A stretch of DNA of 64,000 bases from contig NC_135801.1 of the NCBI RefSeq assembly GCF_964213995.1, positions 38,626,001-38,690,000 of the forward strand. The letters run 5' to 3'. Position 1 is the first letter of the stretch, and each line of letters starts with the position of its first letter. Shown piece after piece: positions 51,308 through 63,058 of the stretch. The position numbers were made by a program, and so were the translations under genes. Under the pieces are notes generated by a model that saw only the letters and a program-made list of their open reading frames with translations, was not told the DNA's origin and searched no databases. This stretch comes from Mustelus asterias (lineage: Eukaryota).

Positions 51308-54300
51308 CTGCAGAGAATTCAAAGAAGAATAAAAATTATACTGTGAATTTCTCAGGCTACTGTGTGTTGATATTTCTATCAATAAAACTCAGATTTTGAA
51401 AACTTGTTAGATTCACATTACAATTCCTCAGAGAATAAATGGCATCACAGTATGACAGAATATTATCATTTTCCCTGTGCAATCACTGGGCCAGAGTAAC
51501 TCGAAAAGAGAATGTTTTTTAAGGTAATCAATTATCAGACATATGCTCAGCACTTAGCATCTTTCCAATTGAAGCGAACTGCTAGGATTTTATTCTATTT
51601 CACTCAAGGAGGCAGTGAAATGGCAGGAGCATTTTTCTGGCATCATCCTATAGGATATCAGCAAAGCAGATGGGAAGGGTTAGTGCTGCATTCTCATCCC
51701 TATGGTTTGCCATGAACACCACGTGTCATTCTTTCCCATCGTACTGTATGATAATGCAGGTCGGAGGTCAGGCCCAGCTCCCAGCTTCTTCTGTTCACGT
51801 CCCATCTGATGAAAAGTGGCAGTGCATCTGAAGTAGGGCTGATTATGCCCCCATAATTGTGGAAAGTGGGAGCCATGGTAAACCTCCCCTCTTCCCACGA
51901 GTTCAGCTTATTTTAAGTGCTTCAGTTCTAGCCAAGCACTTAACTAGGAAGATGAGGTGAGAGGGGATGCAGTTTGGGTAGGATTGGAGAGGCATCAGTA
52001 AATTCTGTCTCACAACGCTTCTCCAATCAGACTTTTGAATCGTCCTATCACACATTAAGCTGATCTTTCTCTTCACCCTATCTGTAATTGCAACACTATA
52101 TTCTGCACCCTCCTTTACTTCTCCCCATGTGCTCTAAGAACGGTATGTTTTGTCTGTAACATTTGTCAGAAACAATACTTTCCACCATATCCCAATACAT
52201 GTGACAATAATAAATCAATCAATCAATCAAAGAGCAAAGATTCATCCTATCATTCCAAAATTATTCCAAGGTTGTGGGAAAACACACTGTCGACAGGGTG
52301 GCTCAACTGCACAGATAGGGAGGCAAAATAGGGGTAGGGCTATAGCGAGTGGGGATTCAATTGTGAGGGAAACACAAAGACATTTCTGCGGCCACAAGAG
52401 TGACTCCAGGTTGTTGTGTTGCCTCCCGGGTGCTAGAATCCAGGATGTCACAAAGCAGCTGCAGAACACTTTGGCTGGGGATTGGGTGAAGAGTTTTAAC
52501 AACACCAGGTTAAAGTCCAACAGGTTTATTTGGTAGCAAACACCATTAGCTTTCGGAGCGCTGGAAGAGCCAGTGGTTGTGGGGCATGTTGGTACCAATG
52601 ACACAGGTAAGTAAAGGGACGAGGTCCTGAAAGCTGAATACAGGAAGTTAGTTGGTAAATTCAGAAGCAGGTCCTCCAAGTGCCATGCACTAGCGACAGT
52701 GGAAATACGAGGATTGGTAGGATGAATGCATGGCGAGGGAGGTGGTGTAGGAGGAGCCACTGGGACAGGTTCTGCGGAAGGTGAGACTTGTACAAATTTG
52801 ATGGGTTATGACCCAACAGGATTGGGACCAATATCCGTGCAGGGTTGTTTGCTAGTGCTGTTGGGGAGGCTTTAAACTAATATGGCAGGGGGATGGGTAG
52901 CTGAGCAGTGAGTTTGAGGAGATAGAAACTAGGTTAGAAACAAAAGGCAGAAGAAGTGAAAGCAAGGGAAGAAGACATGGGAATAAAAGGCAAAAAACAA
53001 ACAGTGGCTCTTTGTCCCTAGAGAAAGGCTTAGGTTAAGGAAAAGTGGTAGGAAAACAAAATATGTCTTCACGTATGTGACAGCACAAATAGAGTTGAAT
53101 TGATATGATCTGATTGCCACTACTGAGACATAGATGCAAGGAGATAAAAGGTGGGAAATCAATATTCAGGATTATTTGATTTTTAGGAAAAACAGGCAGG
53201 AAGGAAAAGGTGGTGCGGTAGCTCTGTTAACAATCTGAGGTGGAGATGCCGGCGTTGGACTGGGGTAAACACAGTAAGAAGTTTAACAACACCAGGTTAA
53301 AGTCCAACAGGTTTATTTGGTAGCAAAAGAAAAAGCTTGTGGCTTTTGCTACCAAATAAACCAGTTGGACTTTAACCTGGTGTTGTTAAACTTCTTACCA
53401 TCTGAGGGCACAGCTTCAGAGTAAAGGGATGAATGGCCAACTCCTGTTCCTATTTCTTATGGTCTTATGGTATATTTCAGCTAAAGCTGTGGCTAACTTG
53501 ACTAAAATTGATGCTGTAACTGAACAGCATTAGGAAACTGAAGCAGGAGCTGGATGACCTCCGGATCATTCGGGAGAATGAGGAGTTTATAGATAGTAGC
53601 TTCAGGGAGGCAGTTACGCCAAAGGCACAGAGCACAGGTAATTGGGTTACCGTCAAGCGAGGGAAAGGGAAAGGACAGGCAGAGCAGGGTTCCCCTGTGG
53701 CCATTCCCCTCCACAACAGGTATACCGATTTGGATACTGTTGTGGGGGATGCCTTACCTGGGGCAAGCTGCGGCAGCCGGATCTCTGGCACTGAGTCTGG
53801 TTCTGCAGCGCAGAAGGGAGGGTGGAAGAAGAGGAGAGCGGTAGTGATAGGGGACTCGATAGTCAGAGGTGCTATGGAACATTTCCTGGGGCTGATGAAA
53901 ATCCACGAAAATCGATGGTGTTTGAATGAATTAAAATCTTGCCCAAACTCTCATATCCAACATTATTGTTGCTCAGATTAAATAACATAAAATACTTACA
54001 GAAACTCCTTCACCCAGGGTTGATTTGGATTCAGGCAGACTTTCTTATCTTGGACAGTGACACTGAGGAAAGAATAGAACAAGGACAATTAGCTCAAATG
54101 TTCTACTCTTAATAGTACAAATTAAAAATCCTTATTGCAAGAAATAGAGGTGTTTAAAGACCTTGCTTTAGTAATACTTACATGATCTGTCTCTTAGGAC
54201 AGTGGGGACTACTTTCTAAAATTTGAGTATCCTTCAAGTGCTTTGGATGGATGATCTTCGAATGTGTTTTGATACATTGACATCGCAAGTTCATTCCTGT

Positions 54301-57300
54301 TCTTCCAACTGATGCAGCTGTGAAATGGACAAATAGCGGAACTTTACTCTTTCTAGATTTTTAAAAGTGACTCTCTCTATTTCACATCTATATATAGCTC
54401 TGTGTGTTTATATTTGAACAAGTTCAAAACAATTTTTATACTCTAAATCACAATCTCTAAATCTCCCCCAATCTCTTCAAATAGGCAAGTTAGAGACAGC
54501 CTGTTATCAAGAGATGTAGAAAGAGGTATTACAGCTTGAAAGCAGAAATGACTAGTGTTGAAGAGAATCTTGCTTCTTGGAAGTAAAAACTGCACTTGCT
54601 GGGGTCACATTTGTAGGCTGAATTTTCTGGTTAATTTGAATTCTCTGCTACAATACACCTTAGAACATTACCCTATATCGATGGATGGGATTTCATTCAG
54701 TGGTCAGTTCCATCTACAATGCATATTTGTGGTTGAAAAACATACTTAGCACCAGACTTGTCGAATACACCCCTGACCAATCCTCAGCTTTGTATTTGGA
54801 AGGTGCTTATTCAGATCATCCATTGCTAATGTTAATGGGCGGCACATAGAACAGAACATTACAGCACAGTACAGGCCCTTCGGCACTCGATGTTGCGCTG
54901 ACCAGTTAAACCAATCTAAAGCCCATCTAACCTACACTATTCCAATATCATCCATATGTTTATCCAATGACCATTTAAATGCCCTTAATGTTGAGAATGA
55001 ACTCTAGCAACTTCCTCAGTACTGGTGTTAGGATCACTGGCCTATAGTTCCCTGTTTTCTCTCTACTTCCCTTTTAGAGTAGCGAGCTCACATTAGCTAC
55101 CCTCCAATCTGTAAGAACCAATCCAGCGTCCAAATAATTTTGGAAAATGACCACCAATGGATTTACTATTTCCAGGACCACTTCCTTAAATACTCTGGGA
55201 TGAAGATTATCAGGCCTTGGCAATTTATACACCTTCAATCCCATTAACTGCCCCAAAACCATTTCTCTACTAATGCTGATTTCCCCCATCTCCTCACTAA
55301 AACTTGTTTCTCTCAGAACTTCTGGTATATTACTTCTGTCTTCACAAAGGAAGATATGAATAAAGTATGAATTTTAGTTCCTCGGCCATTTCTTTGTTCT
55401 CTGTTATGAAATCTCCCGTTTCTGACTGTAAGGGGCCTACATTCATTTTTGTCAATCCTTTTCTCCTTACATATTTATGCTTTTACAGTCAGTTTTTATG
55501 TTTCCCACTTGCTTGCTTTCATACTCTATTCCCCTTCTTAATTAATCCTTTTCGGGGCCTAAATGCACAACCACTCCTGGTGTGGTAAAGAGAATAGAGG
55601 ATGCACAAGGGGCCAGAATTGGTCGAACACAGTACTAGGAGGCACATAGGGCAAGATATGGTTATAATTTCCAATGTACATACTTGGCTATCTTTCGCTA
55701 ACTATACTTAGCAACTCTTCCGATTCCATAACTGCTACTCTTGATCTAACCTATTCATTTGTCTTTCTGTCTGTTCAGCTGTCACTTCAGAAAGTTGAAG
55801 CCAAATTGAAGGAGATGTTATAACATGTGACTAAAAGGTCAGTCAATACGATAGGTTTTAAGAAGGGTAGATATTCAGTGGGATCTGAAAGGAGAAAGAT
55901 GGCGAGGCAATGAGATTTAAGGGGGGACTCCCAGAGTTTAGAAATGCATGAACACGCCTGGTGTGGTAGAGTGGAGGATGCACGAGGGGCCAGAATTGGT
56001 GGAACACAGTTCTAGAAGGCACATAGGGCAGGAAGTGGTTATTCGGATAGAGTGGGCAGAGAGAAGATGGGAGTTATGAAGACAAGGAATTGAAGGGATA
56101 GGAATGAGGATGAAAATTTTAAAGTTGAGCCATAGGTGGTGTTGTACTTTTTTTTAAATCCCAGGAACTCGCCAGTGATCTTAATTGACAAGAGAAGGTG
56201 TTTTGCTATGGGAGCTAGTTGAAAGAGGTCCTTGGTTTTTGGGTGTTTAGTGAAAGACCCATTTTCTCATATGCTTTAGAGAAGTCATTCATAATGACCT
56301 AGAGCTCAGTTTGAGTGAGCGTGCACACAAGGACCATCTGCATGCTGAAGCTGATGATTTGAGGTTGCAGTGGTTTTGGATTGAAGGTGGCATCAGTTTG
56401 AACAGTTTCCCATCTGTTCTGTAGATTATCCTCATGCCTGTGGGTAACATGCTGGAGGTGAGGTACAGTATTGCAATGAGAAAAATGGAGAAGAGGATTG
56501 GCACAATGACACAACCTTGTTTGATCCCATTTTTCAGTAAGATCGGGTTTGTAGTTCCATTGGAGAGGACCATCTTCCATATCTTGGGAGCCTCCTCTCA
56601 ACAAAGATAGAGATAGATAATGAAATATATCATCACCTCCAATGGACCAGCTCAGCTTTTGGATGACTGAGAAATCCGTATGTTCCTTCTCAGGCTTTAA
56701 CTTGCAGTGAAGGGTTAGGATGAGACAAGACTGGAGAACACTCTGTGCTGAAAGATGTTGCTAAACAACAGATAGTGATGCAAGAATAAAATTAATTCTA
56801 ATTTTGGTGGGATCCTCTCATTAGTTTCCCATTTTTGCCAATATTTCCTTTCGTTTCTTGCCCCCTTAGTGTCAGGGGAATTAGCAGGGTAAATATGTGG
56901 GGTTACGGGGATAGGACCCAGGTGGGATTGCTGTCAGTGCAGGTGCGATGGGCCAAATGGCCTCCTTCTGCACTGCAGGGATTCTATGAAAAGGGTATTT
57001 GAGAACTGAACCTCAAACCCAAGACTAAGATTCTCGCTTACAGACAGCAGTGATCCCTATGCGCCTATGTTCTTTGGGGTTTTGGACAATCTATGCAAAA
57101 GTACCTCAAGCACTGAAGTACCACCAACCATGCTTTCTTAAGATCCTCCAAATCTAGCGGTGAGAAAGGCAGTCCAACAGCAGAATCGTTTCAAGCCAAC
57201 TTTTCCAGCATCAAAGCACTAATTGCTCAAAACCAGATCTACTGAACCAAACTTATCATCCGTGTGCTTGATACCAGACTTGCATTGCAACTGCTGTACT

Positions 57301-58982
57301 GGAAACTCAATCACAGCAAGAGACTCCCAGGAAGACAGTGGCAATGCCTTTTGAGATGTCTTCAAAGTATCATGAAGAGGTTAAACATGCCCACTAATCC
57401 TTAGGAGACCCTGGCTTGTAACCGATCAAAATGAAGATGGCTCATTTCGGAAAGGCACTGAACACATCAAGAGACTCAAGGAATGTACACAGGCAAAGTC
57501 ACCAAAGAATCGCACAAACCTCCAAATAATGCATCTAACTCTTCAAGCAGAAGCTGCCCTGTACACGGCAGAGGTTGCAGAGTGTGCATTGTATTACCAG
57601 TCATCACGGAGCCCATAGAATCAGAGTGGAAGTAAGGTATCCTCAATTCCAAGAGACTGCCCAAAAAGACTCTTCTTCCTCAGCTCCATGCTGACCTTGG
57701 TAACATTGTTCTCAGAGATGTAAGAAGTCTCACAACACCAGGTTAAAGTCCAACAGGTTTATTTGGTAGCAAATTCGGAGCACTGCTCCTTCGTCAGATG
57801 GAGTGGAAATGATCTGACGAAGGAGCAGTGCTCCGAAAGCTTATGGTATTTGCTACCAAATAAACCTGTTGGACTTTAACCTGGTGTTGTGAGACTTCTT
57901 ACTGTGTTCACCCCAGTCCAACGCCGGCATCTCCACATCAGAGGTGTGGCTAGCTTCCTTAGGCACACAACTAATTATCATCTCAATGTCCCAACAATAT
58001 TAACCCATCCAGAAGCATTAACTATCTCTGTGCTGTCACACTGCTTATCTGACATTCAATCTTGGGACAAATCTCAATTCAGTTCAATTTAACAAAGACT
58101 GGAGTCACCACTTCTGGGCCCTGCCACAATTTCTGTGTTCCCATTGTTATCTTCTTTCCCTACCAATTAGGCTGAGCCATATTGCTTGCAACCTCAGGTG
58201 TTCTACTGAAGCTGAGTTTCTGATCCCCTCTCATCTCTATCATAACAAAGTTAGAATTTACGTGATAATTAATTATTTGATCAGAAAAAACAGACAGCAA
58301 TATTTCCAAACAGTTGCAATAGGGGTTAAAATTCTCCAAAAACATCTTCATTTTACCATCACTAACTGGATAAGCTTTCTTTCCTTTTCAAAATACTCCA
58401 TTTTAAAAAATCTTGATTTCTCAAAATCACAGGCACGGTGGCACAGTTGTTGGCACGGCTGCCTCACAGCACCAGAGACGCAGATTCAATTCCCCGCTTG
58501 GTTCACTGTGAGGAATCTGCATGTTCTCCCCAAGTCTGCGTGAGTTTTCTCCGGGTGCTCCGGTTTCCTCCCACAGTCTGAAAGACATGCTGGTTAGGTG
58601 GATTGTCCATGCTAAATTCTCCCTCAGTGTACCCGAACAGGCGCTGGAGTGTGGCGACTAGGGGATTTTCACAGTAACTTCATTGCAGTGTTAATGTAAG
58701 CCTACTTGTGACACTAATAAATAAACTTTCTATGACAGTAGACAGTACTGTCAGTATTTTTATGAGTATTTATGACTATGGGATGAAATAAATGAAAATC
58801 GGTTTATTGTTAGTAGTGAGCACTTTTATTTAAACAATATACGGCATGTGAAGAATGCATATATATGAGCATGCCTTTAGATTCTTTACTGCTGCCATGG
58901 AGTTAGATCATTCCTTACCTTGTGTGGAAGCCATGTAAAGTGCCAAGAGAATGAGGATGATGAGAGTAACTTTTCTGTTCAT
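51235..58982 (-). CDS. CXCL8: CXCL8/IL-8-like CXC chemokine; complement(join(51235..51307,54000..54062,54182..54317,58919..58982)), 111 aa
   Basis: MNRKVTLIILILLALYMASTQ-AASVGRTGMNLRCQCIKTHSKIIHPKHLKDTQILESSPHCPKRQI-IVTVQDKKVCLNPNQPWVKEFL-RQKKLKFSEEKVKVGIFKGLGHS*. Four canonical Cys, RCQCIKTHSK..HPK and CLNP...WV motifs, intron phases 1-2-2. Exact paralogue identity within the CXCL8 group is not established. Confidence 0.88.
52290..53875 (+). mobile_element. CR1 ORF1 (SGNH esterase-like) remnants in chemokine intron 3
   Basis: AIASGDSIVR, CCLPGARI.DV, HVGTND, PLHNRY, VVIGDSIVRG. Confidence 0.8.
53240..53398. mobile_element. Penelope-like inverted-terminal insertion (a further fragment at about 52485-52560)
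   Basis: ggagatgccggcgttggactgggg...ccaggttaaagtccaacagg with an inverted copy. Confidence 0.75.
54000..54062 (-). CDS. CXCL8: CXCL8-like exon 3 (63 nt)
   Basis: Acceptor tttcctcag|, donor CT|gtaagt; VTVQDKKVCLNPNQPWVKEFL. Confidence 0.94.
54182..54317 (-). CDS. CXCL8: CXCL8-like exon 2 (136 nt; CXC motif)
   Basis: Acceptor catttcacag|, donor AT|gtaagt; NLRCQCIKTHSK...PHC. Confidence 0.96.
56230..57665. mobile_element. RTE-clade LINE remnants (minus part about 56230-56600, plus part about 56990-57665)
   Basis: NGIKQGCVIVPILFSIF, IIYRTDGKLF. Confidence 0.6.
57720..57940. mobile_element. Penelope-like palindromic insertion with hammerhead core CTGACGA-AGGAGCAGTGCTCC-GAAA (about 57814-57838), chemokine intron 1
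   Basis: Inverted arms; canonical CUGACGA and GAAA around a GGAGC/GCUCC stem. Confidence 0.78.
58432..58727 (+). mobile_element. HE1-like SINE
   Basis: Same subfamily as 488-781. Confidence 0.88.
58919..58982 (-). CDS. CXCL8: CXCL8-like exon 1 (signal peptide, 64 nt coding)
   Basis: ATG at 58982; hydrophobic core; donor G|gtaagg. Confidence 0.9.
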
Positions 58983-59054
58983 TGTCCTTCACTGTACGGT
59001 GTTCCTTATCTTCTTGCTGCTGCGCTGCTGTCTCTCTGATCCCACCGCTCTGCT

Positions 59055-59320
59055 GCTGCTTTTATCGACCAAATTCTGTGAATCAAGATTGGGTGACGAC
59101 ACTGTCTGGAGTTTCCCCAGAGAACTAATGTTCACATTAACAAAATAACTGATGGGATAAACACCATAAATGATTGGAATCATCCAGATGTGGATTACGG
59201 AGAGGGGGTAGTTTCCCAAATGCAATTTTCTGTGAGTATTCCTGTTTCCTTTCCAGAACCCACTGATCTGAAACAGCTGTGAATTTCTGCTGAATTGGAG
59301 CAATCACTTACGTCACAGAG
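59055..59320 (-). promoter_or_regulatory. Chemokine promoter: consensus NF-kB site, TATA-like GATAAAA, CRE-like element
   Basis: GGGAAACTCC at 59108-59117 (fits GGGRNWYYCC); GATAAAAG about 59059-59066; second kB-like GGGAAACTACC about 59207-59217; TTACGTCA about 59308-59315. Confidence 0.65.
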
Positions 59321-60219
59321 GCTGGAATCTTAGCATCATTCAAGATAAGATCATGCCCCATGTCATTCGACCCATTGGGTCAATGCCAACTTTCCTCGGG
59401 GCAGCCCAGTCAGTCCCACTCCTCCACTTGGTCGCTAAAGTCCTCCAAGTTTATTTCCTTCAAGTGCCCGTGCAATTTCCTTTTGATGTCACTGATTGTT
59501 TCCGCTTCCACCTTTCTCATGGTCTGTGAGTTCCAGGTCATTGCCAAGCACTGAGTAAAGAAGTTTCCTGCGCATTCCTCTCTTACCCAAAACCTTAAAT
59601 TTGTGTCCCCGAGTCCTTGTACCATCAGCTGATGAAGAGAGTTTTCCTTGTCTGTCTTATCTAAGCCTGCCATAATCTTGTACACCTCTATCAAATCTCC
59701 CCTCAATCCCCTTTGCTCCAAGTAGAACAAACCCAGCTTTACCAACCTAACCTTGTAAGCAAAATCTTTCCTCCAGGCAAGTATAGTGGTAACTCTCTAC
59801 TGCACCCTCTCAAGGACCTATTTCTGAAAGTGTGGTTGTTATGAACCACACTGATACTGACTGCGAGGGAATCCCAAAAACCAGAAGGGTAACTTGGAAC
59901 ATTGGTTGGTAGCAGTGTATGTATTTATTTTTGTATTATGTGAGGAACAATATACAGCCCAGTGAAAAAACAGTCCAGTCTTTGTGTAAGCTATTAATAA
60001 AGAATATTTATTAACTTAAAGAAAAACAAGAACACACACAAAAAGGACTATAATATTTTACGACATTGAGGGAGACTGATGGCTCTGCATGCACAACTTC
60101 GCACAAAACTAATCCTTGGTACCCAAAACTATCTACGTTCAGCTGAACTCTGAGATGCCCCTTTCCCCAAAACAACATCCAATACTAAGTAACTCTACCA
60201 TTGACGCATGTAGAAAGGA

Positions 60220-60775
60220 TGGAGAGCTTCAAGTTTTTAAGTGTCCAGATCACCAATAACCTGTCCTGGTCCCCCCATGCTGACACTATAGATAACAAAG
60301 CCCACCAACGCCTCTAATTTCTCAGAAGACTAAGGAAATTTGACATGTCAGCTATGACTCTCACCAACTTTTACAGATGCACCATAGAAAGCATTCTTTC
60401 TGGTTGTATCACAGCTTGGTATGGCTCCTGCTCTACCCAAGACCGCAAGGAACTACAAAAGGCTGTGAATGTAGCCCAGCCATCACTCAAACTATCCTCT
60501 CACCATTGACACTGTCTACATTTCCCGCTCCCTCAGAAAAGCAGCCAGCATAATCAAGGACCTCACACATCCTGGACATACTCTCTTCCACCTTCTTCCG
60601 TCGGGAAGAAGATACAAAAGTCTGAGGTCACGTACCAACCGATTCAAGAACAACTTCTTCCCTGCTGCTGTCAGACTTTTGAATGGACTTACCTTGCATT
60701 AAGTTGATCTTTTTCTACACTCTAGCTATGACTGTAACACTACATTCTGCACTCTGTCGTTTCCTTCTCTATGCA
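60220..60775 (+). mobile_element. Rex1/Babar-type LINE 3' portion
   Basis: Homologous to about 36810-37350. Confidence 0.8.
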
Positions 60776-61260
60776 TACAGAGTGGCCAAAAATAGTGGAG
60801 AATTGGAAGATTGGGAAAACTTTAAGAAACAACAAAGAACGACTAAGAAGGTGATAAAGAAAGGAAAGATAGGTTATGAAGCTAGGCTAGCTCTAAATAT
60901 AAAAAATGATAGTAAAAGGTTTTACAAATATATAAAAAGGAATAGAGTGGCAAGAGTGAATGTTGGACCCTTGGAGGACGAGAGGGGGGATTTAATAGTG
61001 GGAAATGAGGAAATGGCTGAAACTTTAAATAAGTTTTTTGTGTCGGTCTTCACGGTGGAAGACACAAATAGTTTACCGAATATTAACGATAGAGGGTTGG
61101 TAGGAGGAGAGGTACTCAATACAATTAATGTTACCAGGGAGGCAGTGCTTGGTAGACTAACGGGACTGAAGGTGGACAAGTCCCCGGGCCCGGATGGAAT
61201 GCATCCCAGGATACTGAAAGAAATGCGTTAGTGGTTATTTATCAAAATTCGTTGGATTCT
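60775..61260 (+). mobile_element. CR1 ORF2 fragment (near-identical to 62755-63058)
   Basis: KRFYKYIK, LNKFFVSVFT, KSPGPDGMHPRILKE. Confidence 0.88.
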
Positions 61261-61493
61261 AATGGCACTGTGGGTGTACCTACACCACATGGACTGCAGT
61301 GGTTCAAGAAGGCAACTCACCACTACCTTCTCAAGAGGCAATTAGGAATGGGCAATAAACCCTAGGTTATTCAACGATACCCACATCCCATGAACAGATG
61401 TTTTAAAAAATGGGACAGAAAGGTTGTGCAAACAGCAGCAGTGGTCTCAGCTTTTAGGACCCTTTAGCTCATTATTATGGAAAAAGTGAGTCA

Positions 61494-62444
61494 TGGTAAG
61501 TAGTCTGACGCATACATTTTGCTCATATAAATTAGCCTGTGTTCATTTGTTGTTAATGATTCCTAAAATAAGCAAAGTCAAGTGGGAGCTGATTTTCCTT
61601 CTGGATGTGGGTAACAGTCACTTTTTGGAATTTTCACAGAGGCATCCGCTTACTCAATTGGTCTATTGGACCCATATCCAAGATGAATATCTCGGAGATC
61701 CCCCGACCACACTAGCCAGCATGAACCTTCCAATCCCTCTCTCTTTACCACATCTGATATGGCGGCACGGTAGCACAGTGGTTAGCACTGCTGCTTCACA
61801 GCTCCAGGGTCCCGGGTTCGATTCCCGGCTCGGGTCACTGTCTGTGTGGAGTTTGCACATTCTCCTCGTGTCTGCGTGGGTTTCCTCCGGGTGCTCCGGT
61901 TTCCTCCCACAGTCCAAAGATGTGCGGGTTAGGTTGATTGGCCAGGTTAAACAAAAAAAAAAAAAATTGCCCCTTAGAGTCCTGGGATGCGTAGGTTAGA
62001 GGGATGAGCGGGTAAAAATATGTGGGGGTAGGGCTTGGGTGGGATTGTGGTCGGTGCAGACTCGATGGGTCGAATGGCCTCCTTCTGCACTGTAGGGTTT
62101 CTATGATTCTATGTATTTACTTGGCAGTCTATCCTCTGGCCTGTTCAAGTTAACAGCAACTGCAAGGGTTGGAGCCAATATCAGATGTGGTAAAGAGAGA
62201 GGGATTGGAAGGTTCATGCTGGCTAGTGTGGTCGGGGGATCTCAGAGATATTCATCTTGGATATGGGTCCAATAGACCAATTGAGTAAACGGATGCCTCT
62301 GTGAAAATTCCAAAAAGTGACTGTTACCCACATCCAGAAGGAAAATCAGCTCCCACTTGACTTTGCTTATTTTAGGAATCATTAACAACAAATGAGCACA
62401 GGCTAATTTATATGAGCAAAATGTATGCATCAGACTACTTACCA
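61494..62444. repeat. 267-bp inverted repeat (61494-61760 / 62178-62444)
   Basis: Arms are reverse complements with about 4 substitutions; ORFs 61493+ and 62242..62445- give nearly the same peptide. Confidence 0.95.
61764..62112 (+). mobile_element. HE1 SINE (young; nearly identical to 6186-6524)
   Basis: Intact A/B boxes and tail. Confidence 0.92.
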
Positions 62445-62529
62445 ACCAGTCAAGAAATGAAGCTCAATGAGTATAGTGGAAAAACCCTTCTGAGCCAAAA
62501 TTCTAAGTAATTGTATACTCGATACTGTT

Positions 62530-63058
62530 TGAACAGAGGGAAGTACGATAGGATGAGGGCTGAATTGGCTAAGGTGGTCTGGGAGAGCAGACTGGTAGGT
62601 AGGACAGCTGAGGAACAGTGGAGGATTTTTAAGGAGATCCTTTTCAGTACTCAGCAACAATATATTCCGGTGATAAAGAAGGACTGTAAGAAAAGGGACA
62701 ACCAGCCGTGGATAACGAAATAAATTAAGGAGAGTATTAAATTAAAGACCGATGCGTACAGAGTGGCCAAAAATAGTGGAAAATCGGAAGATTGGGAAAA
62801 CTTTAAGAAACAACAAAGAACGACTAAGAAGGCGATAAAGAAAGGAAAGATAGGTTATGAAGCTAGGCTAGCTCTAAATATAAAAAAATGATAGTAAAAG
62901 GTTTTACAAATATATAAAAAGGAATAGAGTGGCAAGAGTGAATGTTGGACACTTGGAGGACGAGAGGGAGGATTTAATAGTGGGAAATGAGGAAATGGCT
63001 GAAACTTTAAATAAGTTTTTTGTGTCGGTCTTCATGGTGGAAGACACAAATAGTTTAC
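62530..63058 (+). mobile_element. CR1 ORF2 fragment truncated by the LTR
   Basis: YDRMRAELAKVVWE...QPWIT, LNKFFVSVF. Confidence 0.88.

Noticed and set aside
55575-56040. About 85-bp diverged direct repeat (near 55577 and 55958)
   Set aside because: Lies within old LINE-like sequence; most simply a local duplication or two fragments of one repeat.
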